In this document: positions 27,029 through 40,600 of the stretch, piece by piece
Position numbering within the stretch: the stretch's first letter is position 1
Layout: each line of letters opens with the position of its first letter
Assembly (NCBI GenBank): GCA_016748015.1
Contig: JAAOMT010000591.1
Coordinates: forward strand, 410,335 to 474,334
Reading direction: 5' to 3'
Length of the DNA: 64,000 nt
Origin: Geosiphon pyriformis uo1
Lineage: Eukaryota; Fungi; Glomeromycota
Position numbers and translations under genes: made by a program
The notes under the pieces: model-generated
Seen by the model: only the letters and a program-made list of their open reading frames with translations
The model's database searches: none
What the model was told of the DNA's origin: nothing

Positions 27029-27046
27029 ACGCGTCAATTCACGCGT
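27029..27046. promoter_or_regulatory. Tandem MCB boxes (ACGCGT x2) upstream of the forkhead gene
   Basis: ACGCGT at 27029 and 27041, ~180 bp upstream of the ATG. Confidence 0.55.
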
Positions 27047-27630
27047 CGCATTTGATCAATTGAGATTCTCCTCTAATTTTCGCCACCATCCGCAGTTTTA
27101 AATACGCACTCAATTTCCATCTTGAGCGCGTTTTATGATCTGTAGAGAGTTACTCTATCGAAGAAGTCAAAACCTTTGCCATTCAATTTTCCAAAACATG
27201 CATTAATTTCAAAGTTTTTATCTGATCAGCACCTTCCAATCTCGTTTTTACCAAATAATGCGTCTAGTGACAAATAAGCATCACCTTTATTATCACGCCA
27301 GTTACAATCCCTTTGAGTAACCATCTTTAATGGGTAAGCGTCATAATTTTGGCTCCCAACTTGAACATTACTTAGGAGGATTCGACACACGCAACAACTT
27401 GCCAAAGACAAAGACGGCCTCTTTCCTTATTACGGGCTGTAACTGTCTGACTTATTGGTACCCTGTCCCACTAAGCTTATACTTTGAATCACCCATATGA
27501 GGTGATATAGTGTTTAAAAGAATCGGTGACCAAGTTACAGAATTTGTAATTTCTATTATTAGGAAAGAAAATCTAAAGTAAATAGCATCTATAATTTTCA
27601 GAGATTATCAGCCCTTCGGTCAAAACCTAT

Positions 27631-30166
27631 TCAATTCTTAAAGCGTTTGGCCAATGTTGTATCGGGAATTGCTTTCAACTGATCTTCAATTCGCCCATTT
27701 TCTTTTTCTTCCAATAACTCCTCACTTCCTCGAAAACCAGGTACCTCTACAGTAATTGAGTTCATATCATCCAATGTAATTTCTTCACAATCCTCCAGGG
27801 AAACACCGGATTCATAGGTAAAGCACGCAAAATTCGTTGTCTATATTATAAAGCAAAAATCGCGTTACAGATGTCCTATTTAAATCAAAGAGACTTGTAA
27901 TTTGTTTAATTGATTACCTCTTCGAGTGGTATCATGGGATGATGCCAGACCCCAGGATTGTAATTAATACCTTGAGTCCGAGAGGCGACGAAGGCTCTTA
28001 GTGTACTCAGATTTGGTTTATCGTCTTGATTGAATACAAAAAAATGAAAAAAGAAACTTTGGTACAAATGAACACAGAAATTTATATATTACCATTACCA
28101 TTTCCATTCAAACAAACGATCACCAAATATCCTCTAAAATTTTCCTCACCCATCGGAATAAATGATTGAGAAGAATATGGGTGCCGTTCCAATAATTTAA
28201 CTTCAATTGGCAATTTAGTCGCGGGTCTGCAGCGGAAAATTGACAAATTGGGTTCAGCCCGTGCAAGTAATCTTCCTTCCTTGTCTGTAGAGATGTTTTG
28301 ACGGAAATTGATCAGACGAGCCACATGATTGAATTTGCGGGCAGTTCCTTGATTTGCTGGAGTCACTTTAATTCCATTAGTAATTGAGACACTGTTTGGG
28401 GAATAAAGGTTAGCCTCAATGAAGGATGATATTATTTGACCATAGGCGGCATAGGCATGATTTGTCAATGGCTCAGCGATCAATTTATAAAGCGAGATAT
28501 CGGAAACAGGCAGTTGATTGGTAAAAGGAATGCTGATGAATGACGCTGGCTCAGTTTTTAAATGCTCTAATAATTCACGCCGACCAAAAACGCGAAGTCG
28601 CTTAACGCCACCATCTAAAGTAATTTGATATTGGGTTGATTTAGTAGGAGCTTCTTTACTTCTTTCAAAACGGAACTTCTCTTTTTGCGTCTTAAACCTA
28701 AAATATTAAGTCGGAGCCTAACCTGGAAAAATGGTCATTCGTACATGAGTGAACTTCGTTAAAGGGGATTTTAATGTGAATACGTGCTGTTTATGTGCCT
28801 CAAGTTTTGATTTACTGAGAATTAGATCCCATTCTATGTTGTCATCTGGGATTTCCTGTATGAGTTGTTTTTGAATAGATCAGTTTCTTGAGAATTATTT
28901 TGGAAATCTCCAAGTTTTTAGGCGATTAGCATTACCGCTTCAGAGAAACATCCATCTAATGTAACGGTTTGTGGAAAATTTCCTTTGAAATGTGCGGTAT
29001 CAATTTCCGCAGTTTCTAGATAGCCAGGATGTCCAAGTTTTATAATCACCCAATCACTATGATTCGATTCTCTCGACCTTTTAGTTTCCCAACCATCCCC
29101 CATGTCTTTACCACGTCCAGGTAATAAAAGATTATCTTTGACCCCATAATGCTGATCGCTGCAAGCGACGGCACGTCCTTCGTTACCAACGTAAGCCAAG
29201 TCAACCCGTGCTGTAAAATCTGCGGGCCAAATAGCTCTTACTCTCCCGTATACCCGTAATCTAGCCTATGAAAATCAATTCAGTGAACACATCTGCAGAT
29301 TCAATTTAACTTGATAAATCTCAGTAAAATATTTGACATCAACATACCACACCCCCGTCAGGGTAAATGTATAAGCGGACATGGGTGTAAGTAAGCCCTG
29401 CTGCCTCGATTTCGAAAAAGTGTCGCGAACTGGGGTTGAGATTTACTTTGGGCAAAATTTCGCACCACTGCCAAAAAATTTATTAAAATGGTTTAATTCG
29501 AGAAGAACCCCAGTTCTGTTTAATTTCAATACCTTTGTAGAATCCTCTGCTAAAGGATCAACATCAGGCGAGTAGCAAGCCTCAAATGACGCAGCGGGAG
29601 CATGATTGCCGTTAAAATGGGCGGTGTCAATATCGAGCCCGACAATTTCCCCAGCGAATCCTAACTTGATGATCACCCTGGTATTATGAAATCAACAGAA
29701 TTCTCAATTAGTGGAATTCCCACGCTACCATAAAAGGTGATAGTACAAAGTTCTTACCAATCAAAAAACGGGTTATGTCGTCGGGTTTCCCAGCCGTCCA
29801 TCCACGAACCATTCTCTAAAAGGGGCCAACCTTTTTAGAGACTGTATAACCACAGCAATAATTTGAACTTGTACCTGTATAGAGTCCAAGTTTTCGCACA
29901 GGCTTCTCAGGTTTAAGTAAATTTTCTGCTTCAGCAAAGAATTCATCACTGCAAGAATATATTTTCGCGCCAAGTGATGAACTTGCGAGATCTAAGGGAA
30001 TCAGATTTTACGCGTCATGGTGGTGGTTTCTATTTTAGTTCCTTTGCTTCATGATTTTAATTCCTTTGCTTCATGCTTTCGTTTACCTACCAACATATCT
30101 CTTAACAAGTTTTTCTTCAGCTTCATCTTTATTGATTTGGTAATATTTGAGGTTAGATGTAGGCAT
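27631..30166 (-). CDS. DAL2: Allantoicase fused to ureidoglycolate lyase (Dal2-Dal3 fusion), multi-exon
   Basis: Two allantoicase repeats ([42 protein letters not shown]). One exon then reads [12 protein letters not shown]...IAEPLT...ANQGTA...[15 protein letters not shown], followed by [14 protein letters not shown]. Stop at 27631. Confidence 0.92.
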
Positions 30167-31879
30167 GGCAGAAAAAGTCAGTTTAAAGAATAGCTAGATA
30201 TTTAAGAGACTATTGCAGCAAAGAAGATTGGGGATTTATTGAAAGGTAATCTAATTCCAATATGGATCTGTTAAGAAGGCCCTTTGTCTTTCATAATTTA
30301 CGTATGCGGTTTCCAATTTGGCTGCCATTTGAACTGTTCTTTTTAAAGAATTCAAATCTCTCCGTCTAGCGGATCAGTCATCAAAAGCTTATCAATTGGA
30401 TCAAAATAAATAAATTCTTTAAAGTTTCAAAAGTCTCTTTTTTTAAACGCAATCAGTTAATGACATATATTCAAGCAACTTGGAGATGTGCAGTGGGTAT
30501 TTGTTGACAGACAAACAAAAACGTTTTGTGTATCAGCTAGTTTACCTCGTGTCGCGCGTGACTGAAAACAAGGTTCACCTTCCTAAATGAAGACATTATC
30601 ACCACGCCACCTCCGCTACCAAAAAAGGTTATGTCTATGCTCACATAAAAAGAGGATAGTCAGCCTTAAAACGACGAGACTCAACGCCCAATTGGTCTCA
30701 AAGATTGTGTTACCCATCTGCAAGGACGATGAGCAGAAGAGAGTGCCAGAACAAACAAAAAGCACAAGACAGTGGTATCACGCAACAAGCGAAAATGTTC
30801 AGGAGAAACTCTCCCTCGGAAGCAGTTATAGAAACGATGGATGGGCTTGGCGAGATTTTTCTTTAATCCTGTAGTGAAGTGGAACAAAGGTGTTGTGTTG
30901 CTTTAGAGAAGCAAAATGGCAATACGGAAAAGAAATAACTGAAGCCTATGACGATTCAAAAAAAAAACGTCTTTTGGTGTTGTTTCGGTTTTCTTGGGCG
31001 ACCGACAGTTTGGTGGAAATATCGCCCATTTCGGCAAGCTATTTAGATTCGGCTCCTGCTAATATCATTGCTGAAGTCATTAATCAGGCGCTGTGCTAGA
31101 AATCGTCATTTTGGAATTGTTTATGTTACGTATTCCAATGCATGCCTATGCAAATCGACGAGGTAAAAATGTCAGTTTTTTGGAAAATTCTAAACTACAT
31201 TTTTTAATTTAAGCTTTTTTTTTTAAATAAGGATAAACTTGTGATATGGCAGAAATAATAAGTGGGTCTGTACGCAAAACAATACATCTTATGGCGAACC
31301 TACATATTCTATATTGATCCTGCCATTTGCACACCCTTTCCTCTTAAAGGCAGCTCTGATGACATTTGTTTGTGCAAGTACATGGATGGCTTCATTTTAC
31401 AAAAAGTCTCTACTTCAAAGTGTAATAAACGCACGACTTGGGAAAAAATCTCGCACATAAAACGATGAAATCTAGAGAAAAAAAATTGTGTTCTTCACCC
31501 CGAGTTTGACGTAATCGCCATCCGGTATCAGATAAGACAAATTATGAAAATGCTCTTGTGGGCACATTACCGTTTCACCAACGACTGACCCCAAGGCCGA
31601 GGAGTGTTGTCATCCAAAATGAGATCACCAAGAATCGTAACATAAAAACCATTGGAGGGTCCCGAAGTATAAAACTGCCGAAATTGTGGGGCTTTGATGT
31701 AGAGATGAAAATGGCGCTCCTGAGGGTTATGCAATCCCTACCTACTATTGATGTAATATAATTCATTCGGCTATTCATTAATTTCCAAAAAAATTCCTCA
31801 AAGTATTTAAAATTAGGGTCCTTCTACCGATAATATATTTACACTATGATAATATTTACATTTTAACCTCTAATAAATT

Positions 31880-34351
31880 TCAAGGTATTCGACTCTTGAA
31901 AATCATATATCGCTCAATATTTTTCAGCGAAACATTAGGCATAGATTGTCCAGCAAAGTTATCTTTGGGATCGCTTAACAAGTCCCGCTAAAAATTTTGA
32001 TGGAGGTAAGGTTAAAATAATACCATATTACTGTGTAATCATTAGATTTCTTCTCTCACCCTTTGAGCTTTTTCAGCTGCAATTCGGTCATCAATGCAAT
32101 GATCTGAGACTTGCTCACGACTTAGTATTCTGGAATTTCGGTAATGACTAAATCTCAATAACTTTATCCCAATCACCACTTTGAAAAATAAAATACTACA
32201 AAAATGGATCAAGATCAGGCATTAATATGTGACTTCAATCTCACAATATATATTCCTGAAAAACCTTACATGAAAAATAAAATAACGCCATAAACTAGCC
32301 AAGCCCGATATGACCATGATGCAATATTAGCAATTGGGTCATGATTGAGATCTTCATCCATATCGTTGTCTATACTCCAGTCCCTTATCATGGAGATAGT
32401 TTGAGTCACGAAAAGAATCATCTATACAAAGAAACGTATTGAATTTACTCCGCACTCTAAAAACCCAAAATTCGAGCAATAAGATTTAGAGTCCATTTTA
32501 CCAAACATGCCAGCGGTAGCGGGGCAAATCCAATTCGCCGTGGAACATCAGGAGATCGATCAACAACATTCTATTGATTAAAAGCGTAATTAGAGATTTG
32601 TTATATAATTTAAGTAAAATTTCCAAATGTATATTTACCCGCCCAGAAACTTTTCCAGCAATAAGATCCCGGCAAAGAACATCGACAAATTTATCATAAA
32701 CACTTGGTCGAATCTGGTTAAACTTAGTAATAAAGGCATGTTTTAGCCAATCAACAAGAGATTCAGAAGCCATAACTATAAAAACGGGTGTCAATAAAGT
32801 TTCCAATATTGTCATTTTCGGAAACAGAGGAAAAAAGGATGTAGGCAAAATCGACGATGGAGAGGGCGGTGACCCAGACAGTTCAATTAAATTTCGGACG
32901 GTTATAATTGTCAAGAAAAGTGCAAGTTGAAACCTTTCAACAATATCTAAAATAGAGGAAATAAATCAAAAACCCTTATAGCACATTATCAAGTAATCAA
33001 TTTGTATAAGGCTCGGTACCTGCACAACTCAGCTGAAATAAGTTTTCTTTTTCAAATTTTTTGAAAACAGAGCCTTTTATTTCAATAAATTGATTCGAGA
33101 GCAATAGAGTGAGCAAGGCGTTTGAATATGAATTGATGGCAACGTTTAAGGTAACAACTTGATATGACATTATCATGGTATGTGCAACTATTGTTGTAAA
33201 ATGAAAATTTGAGTTAAATATTAATAAAGTTGATGTTTGCTTATAAAACTTCAATAATAAAAGGATACGAATATAGAGAAAAGCTAAGCCAAAAAACATG
33301 AGCAATCGCATCTGCTTTATCGGATGTCCATCATATATTAATCCACCCAAAGTTGATTTGCAAAATAGTGAATCCATAATGTCGCAACCGAAAGAACAGC
33401 ATAAACGATCAAGAATCTTAAAGGGTTAGAATAAATTAGATCATTAAAGAATTTAAAATGCTTAGCGGAGGGAAGCAGAATAATGTAAAGACCGAGTAAA
33501 TACCTCAAGAACATTAAAAATAACATACAACTTTATGACAGCTTGTCCACGAATTGAATGGTACATTTGGGATGCGTCAATTCGCTGGAGAAATATACAG
33601 ACTAACAAGACAAGCAAGCCCTTTAACAAATCACACTGCTGCGATAAACTTAGCCTGAAATATTGAGAAATTAATAAAAAAGGGAACCTTATGAAAATAA
33701 TCTTGATTTCTTATATTATGATTAGCTACCTTTTCTTGCTCTCATCTTTCAGCTTCAAAAAGTGCAATATAATCGAGTATATTGCATGAAGAAACCTCAA
33801 AGGAAGAAAGGTAAAGGTATATAGAAAAGAATCAAGACATAAAAAGAAACCAAAAGACACGAGCTATAAATTTAGGAAAAGGTTAACACGCAATCGGGGA
33901 GGAGCTCCAAATCAGGTCGATTATCTCTTGCCTTTTCTATTGCCAACGGTATCGTTAAGAAGTTGATGACACGTTCGGTGGTAATCCCTTCGGAAGGCTC
34001 AGAGTCCGGGGCAGTAAGTTCATCTTTCAAGTATTGCCAAAAACTAAAATTAGGTTTGGAAGTTGATTCATTCCGTACAGAAGCCACAGTCGATAAGCCC
34101 CCTTTTTGCTCTTCAGAAGAGATTAAAGTAGGAATTGGTTTTTCTATGTATGAGTCAAAATCGAGATAAGGAAACTGATTTACATCACTTTTTGGCTTGG
34201 TTTCTGTTTCTTTTGCAGGTATAAGAGAAGGGGACGGTATAGGTGTGAGCGGAGATGCTACGCAACCAGAATCAGTGGTAAATGTAGGATCTTTGTGTGG
34301 AGGAGGAGTAATTGATCCATCAACGATATGAGCTATTTCGGAAGGTTGCAT
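31880..34351 (-). CDS. EMP65: TAPT1/Emp65 (DUF747) ER membrane protein, multi-exon
   Basis: ERVINFLTIPLAIEK, FLCLDSFLYTFTFLPLR, TLNVAINSYSNALLTLLLSNQFIEIKGSVFKKFEKENLFQLSCA, SESLVDWLKHAFITKFN, C-terminal RYMIFKSRIP*. Confidence 0.92.
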
Positions 34352-34559
34352 AGCGAAAACGGCAAAATTGTAAGGAGAATGGGGTAAATAAACTTTTTTT
34401 TGAATCAGGTACAGTGATTGATCCGGATGACGTTTGACAAATAATTTTATGCTTCTATGACGCAAAATTCGCTAATGTTTACAAAAAGAATTGTTAGGTT
34501 TTTGAGTTCCAATCACGAATGTAGAATTTTGACATGATATTTGTCTTAAAGTCAAATCA

Positions 34560-36887
34560 TATTAAATTTTGCAAGATTTTTTTATTTTTTCTGCAATTAT
34601 CATAATTACTGCGATTAATTAATAATTCTTATTATATTATTTTTGTTTTCGATTTTTAATAATATAATTGTTTAAAAAATAATAATAAATTATACTTAAT
34701 AATAAAAAACATTTTGACAAAAAAGCCAAATATTTAAATATATAATAATAATTATTATTTTTTAAGTTAATAAACCAGTAATAAAAATATTAAAAAAATA
34801 TATTATGTAATTTAACAATTTATAATAATTTAAATAATGCAATATTAAAATAGTTTTTATTTAAAAATTATGTATTTATATTAAAAAATAGTTGTAAACA
34901 AAATATAAAAAATTTATTAACTGTTTTATTAACAATATTTTTATTAAATTATTATTTAGCAAAAATAAAAAACATATTTATTAATTAAAAATTAAAAAAC
35001 TTTGTTTTTTTTTGTATTTTTATAATTTCATTTTAAATAAAAAGTAAAAAAGAAACAATTTTTTTCTATTGTTTTTAATAGTTTTAATGCTTTAAAAAAT
35101 TTACAAATCTTTTTTTAAACCAGTTTTTTTAAGTTAAAAAACATTATTTGGCTTTAAATAAGAGATTTTTTTTTATTTAAGTTTTTTTTAATTAACTAAT
35201 TAATTTTTATTATCACAAAAAATTCTAAAAAGCACAAAAAAAAAGTTGTCTTTTTTATAAAAAATCAGTAGTAAATCTATTTTTTTTTAATAATTCTTTT
35301 TATTATTGTTTAAAATAATTATAAAAAACTTTTTTCTTGAAAGCACTATTTTTAATCTCTCTAAACTATTTGAAAAAATAGTTTTTTGGTGTTTTTTAAA
35401 ATTATATTTTTAATTTAAAATCTATTTTTATTTATTTATTAGTATTTTTACTAGTTTTATTACAATGGTACTAATTATAATACTTGATTTTAATTTAATT
35501 ATAAAAAACAATTTTTATTCTATTTAATATATTAACTTTTAATTAATATTTGCTAATTTTAAAACAAAACATGTTATGTTTTTATATATAATTTTAACTA
35601 ATTAATTTATTAAAATACTTAATTTTAAAAATTAAACTAATAAAATAAAAACTATTAAGTTAAATTAGCTTATATTAAAACTATATTTTAATTTTTACAT
35701 AAAATTGAATATTAAAAACAATATTAAATTTTTAATATAAAATTTGCTTTTTAGGTTTTTTAAATGCTATTACCAAAATTAAATTTGTTAAAAAAAAATT
35801 ATAAAATTATAAAATTATAAAATCTTTTATAATATTTGTTTTTGCTTTAATTATTATAATTTTATATAATTTAAGTTTTTAAAGCTATTAAAATTATTTT
35901 TGCTTATTAATTAATATTAATATTTAAAAATAATATAAAATATAATATAAAATATATTATTATCTATTATAATATGTTTAAGATTAAATTAATTGTTTTT
36001 TTTTTGGTTATACAGTTTTTAAAATCAATAAATTGGTTTTTTAAATTAAAAATTAGACTTGTTTATTTTTTGTTTTTTTAATAATTGTTATTAAAATATG
36101 TTATTGTTATTTTTAAATCCAAAAAACTTTAAATAATATTATTCTAAAAACTGATATGTTATAAAAAAATTATGATTAATAAAAACTTTTGAATATTAAT
36201 ATTGTTATAAATATTTAATTTCTGATTATAAATTTATTTTTTTGGTTTTTTAAAATTTTATTTAAGCAATTTATTAATTTAAAATTTTAATTTTTTTTGG
36301 TTTTATATTCAATAATATTTAATAATATAATAATTATAAAAATTAAATTTTTAAAATTTTAATTACTTAAGTTTTTTAATTAATTAAATTAGTTGTTTAA
36401 TTTACAAATATATTAATCAATTTAATTATATTTTTATTAATAATAATAAATTTAATTTTATAATTAAGACTTAAATTAATTTTAAAAAAAAGCAAATTGG
36501 TAATATTATTAGATTAATAACCAATATATATTAACTTTACAAAAAAATATATAAAAATAATATTAATTTTAATTAATTTAATAATAATAATAATAATAAT
36601 AATAATATAATAATATATAATTTTTTTTGTAAGTAAAAATCTTTTGATAAATTAATAATATTTTAAAATTTTTATTAAAAATAACAAAAAAATAAGCTGT
36701 TTGCAATTAAATAAGTTTATTAAAAACATTAATTATCATATTAACAAAATAAAAATATAGTATTTGTTTTTTATGTCTAATTTAAAATAATTTAAATTGG
36801 TTTAAATAATTAATTATATATTGTTTTTAATATAATTTATATATAATATTAGTATTATATAAATTAATTAATAATTAAACAATATAT
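34560..36887. mobile_element. AT-eroded TE fossil, family not determined
   Basis: Composition only; includes an (AAT)n tract near 36580. Confidence 0.6.
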
Positions 36888-37588
36888 TGTTATGGTTAAA
36901 ACTTATATTTCTTATTAATTATCACATGTATTAGCCACTGATATTATATAAATTAGCCACTCTATTTTTAGTAAGTGATCATTGACCTGATCATTGACCT
37001 GATTATTGACCTAATTATTGACCTAGTCATTGATCTGATCATTGACTACTTTTAATAGCTATATAAGCGATGAATTTCTTAACTGTAAAAAAGCATGAAG
37101 AAATAAAGAAATCAAGAAAATCAAATAAATAAAAATAACAACTTTTATCTCAATTCTTCTCTTATCGCTAATTTCCCTTTCCCTACTTTTAAGTATCTGA
37201 ACATCTTAAAAGATAAAAGATTATTTGTTGGTTATTCTTTACCCTTTTCCTGAAATGTGTAATTGCAACATTTGAAGATTATTGAATAAAATGTAACTAA
37301 AAAGCACATCTGATACTTAATATTGAATTCTAAGAGTGCTGATGTGAAGCATAGAATTATACCAAGTGTGATCATTTGTTGACAGTACAGACTATTTCTC
37401 TACCTTCAGATTCCCCAGTTATCTTTGAAAAGTATAGTGACTGAAATATTTTATGAAACTAATCTTGCACATTGAATTCATACTTATTCAATTCGCTCTT
37501 TAAAGTTGAATTCCCTTTGATTCCTTTCATCACTCTACAATCCTGTTCTCTCTTGCTATCTGTTAGCTTGTTACTCCAATCCGTAACA
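36888..37588 (+). mobile_element. 5' LTR of gypsy family C
   Basis: TGTTATGG...CCGTAACA termini, followed by a PBS. Confidence 0.85.
36976..37047 (+). repeat. ~6 x 12-bp tandem repeat (TGATCATTGACC) in the U3 of LTR C
   Basis: Seen directly, just upstream of a TATA-like ctatataag. Confidence 0.85.
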
Positions 37589-37594
37589 TAAAAG

Positions 37595-37611
37595 TGGTGC
37601 TTTCTGTGAGG
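37595..37611 (+). other. Primer-binding site of family C (TGGTGCTTTCTGTGAGG)
   Basis: TGG-initiated, 6 nt after the LTR end; complementary to a tRNA 3' end. Confidence 0.8.
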
Positions 37612-37639
37612 TTGTCAAAATCCACTTTGTTTTTTATTG

Positions 37640-40600
37640 TATGGGTGATTATTTATACCTGCCACAACAATCAGAAAAACACTTTAAAGCACACAACAAA
37701 AATGATCTAGACTTTATTGAACTTAATCTTTTGCCTTCCTACTTGATTTGCTTTCCCATTAAAAAACAATCCAGCAGATAATTCCAAGACTTTTAGAACT
37801 GGTTCCTAAATGAGCATTCAGCTGAAACCTACACAACTTATACAACCTATTACTTTGACCAAGCTTATTTTGAAAATGACTTTGAAGAAAAAAACAACAG
37901 TATCAATCAGCTCTTATATTCTACAATCTTTGAACAACAGCCCCCTGATCTTGAATATCTGAATCATCAAATCCACATTTGGATTGCTGCTCATTAATCA
38001 ACAAAAACTTCTCTTGAAACAGAAGAAAAAAGCTATCAAATCACTTCTGTTTTTGATTTCTTTTCAAGTGAATCAGAACACTCTACACAAACAATTACAC
38101 CTAAACCAATGGCTCAAGACCCTCTGCAACAAAACATTTGGATTGCCCTCCAAGGTATACAGACTGCTTTAGGGTAAAGAAACAACACCCTATTACTATT
38201 ATTCAGAGGTAATACCCAAGATCCAATTGAATGGTTGAATGATTTTAAAAGAGCTGCCACAGCAAACTAATATGATAATGAATACAAGTTCCAAATCGTT
38301 GGTGGCTACCTCCAAGGCTCTTCTGCTACTTGGTTCTCACAAGAAACCAATGCCAATGCTCAGCAAAGAATTATTAGATGGGCACTGGCAAATGCTGGAG
38401 AAGACAACACCTCTTTTACTACCCAGTTTAAAACTAGAACTCCCATCTTAATCTCAAAATGGCATATGAAATTAGAAAGAAGAACTCAAGGCCCTGGTAA
38501 GGTTGTAACAGAATATGCCAAAACAATAAGAAAACTCATTAAATGAGTAGATTCTGGAAGAAATTGAACAGAAGAGCAGAAAATACATTTCTTTACAAAA
38601 GAACTGAGAACTGATCTACCATATGCTCTTTGGCCTCTCCTGGCCTTGAAAGATAATTCCACAATAGACATGGTCATTGAACTTGCTCAGAAAATAGAAA
38701 ATAATCAAAGGATGCACCTAAAATTCACACTTCCAGTTTTTGCTCCTGTTTCTGTTATGGCTCCTGCTCCCCAAATGGCTGCTACTTCTTTTGCTGTCCA
38801 AACTCAAGACCCAAATGAACAGTTAATAGATAGACTTACTGTTAATCTTGCCTGGCTATTAGAACCATTGGCCCAAGCAATTAGAGAGAATCAACAACCT
38901 TAAAGACCCAGATTTGAACCCCATTTCAGTTAGCCCCAACAACCACCATATCAAAGACAGCAAAATCATGGCCCACCTGTGTGCTATTATTGTGGACTAA
39001 CTGGACACTTCTTAAGAGACTGCAACAATCCTCTATTGCTCCTTCCAGTTTCTAAAAACAATGACAATTAAAACAACAGAACCATTAACAATAATGTTTC
39101 CAACCAAAGAACCAATCATGCCAACATCAATTACTTTGAAGAGGATCTCCTAGTTGAAGCCACTGTTTATCAGCCTTTAAACTGGTAGGTGCACCTCCAA
39201 AGAGTGAAAGTGCAAGCCAACCAGAAGAAAACCCCTTTTATGCTTTTAATCTAACTGATAATAATCATGATATGGATGAACTAGCAATCAACACCTCTGA
39301 ACCAACCAGAAAAAAGAAGAAAGCCAAGATTGATTTTGTTTTGGACCTAAACAAAGCATCCAAATCATCTGCTAATAACAATGAGCCACCAAAAGCTAAG
39401 GTTTTTAAAAATTCACCAAAGTTAGAACCCCCAGAAATTGTACAAAAATCTGGACCCTATTTTGTTGTTAAAGATCTCATGGAAACCCCAGCACACATTA
39501 TATTTGGCCAACTGATGGCCCATCCACAGTTCAGAAAAGACCTTCACAAATTATTAATACCAAAAAAGAAGACACCAAAGACCAATAAACACCTATGTCA
39601 AGCTGGATTCACTGACAACAGTAATGTTACCTCTTTTATTTGTAAAGCTCAAGTGGCTGGTTATTTCATTAATCTGATCCTGGACAGTAGATCATCTGTT
39701 AGTGTCATTGCCAAACACTTTTTAGAAACAATTGGCAGAAAGATTGATGAACCATTCACAAGACCAATGACCAATGTACATGGTAACAAAAAGAAAAGCC
39801 TGGGCATAGCCAAAGCTATTCCTGTCTACATTAATGGTATCAGCATTAAAACTAATATGGAAGTATCTGAAGTAAAAGAGTACACCATAATTGTTGGCAA
39901 TAAGTGGCTTAAGAAAGCTAAAGTGCTACTTGACTATGAGCTTTGTGAACTAACCATTAGATGTGATGAAAAGCCCATTGTGGTTAAGTGCCATCATTGG
40001 ACAACCCTTCCAGTACCCAAGCAAAACCAGGAAAAAAAACAATCAGATGAATCAGATGATGATGAGAGTGATGATAAAGATCAAAAAGAAACTGCTGAAC
40101 TTGCCTATACCATTTTCACCAGCAATGGCAAGCCACTGGACAATGTTAAAGCTGACAAAAAAGAAATTATGATAAATGGCAAGCTGATCTGCTGGCCCTA
40201 TTATGACATCTTCAGAAGAACCTTTGACAGAAAACCTGACAAGAAAAAAAAATACAGTTATTAATAACATGGTCTTTGTGCATGGTGCTGGTGTAATAAA
40301 CCTTTGTATTCACCAAATAATAAATACAAATCCTGCCTGATTTATTACAAAGATTGGAAACCAATTAGCTTGATACCTCGAGAAGAACTTAAAGAAGTAC
40401 AAAAGTTCTTTGAAAATAAACCACCTGAAATCCAATCATTAGTTGTAGAACAAAGAAAATCTTCCCTTAAAGAAAAAAAAATGGTGTTACAGATGATTAT
40501 TTGGGGTTTCAAATCAAATAACAAATCCATAACTTGGTGCTCAATATCTTGACAATGCTGGTAATATTGGTACATTGGTTGTATTTGAAAATTTTAGAGT

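Noticed and set aside
30039-30075. 15-bp direct repeat TTCCTTTGCTTCATG
   Set aside because: Small local duplication inside DAL2 intron 1; no sign of function.
36976-37047. Short repeat arrays here and at 41782-41945 as possible CRISPR
   Set aside because: No spacers or cas genes; eukaryotic LTR U3 tandem repeats.
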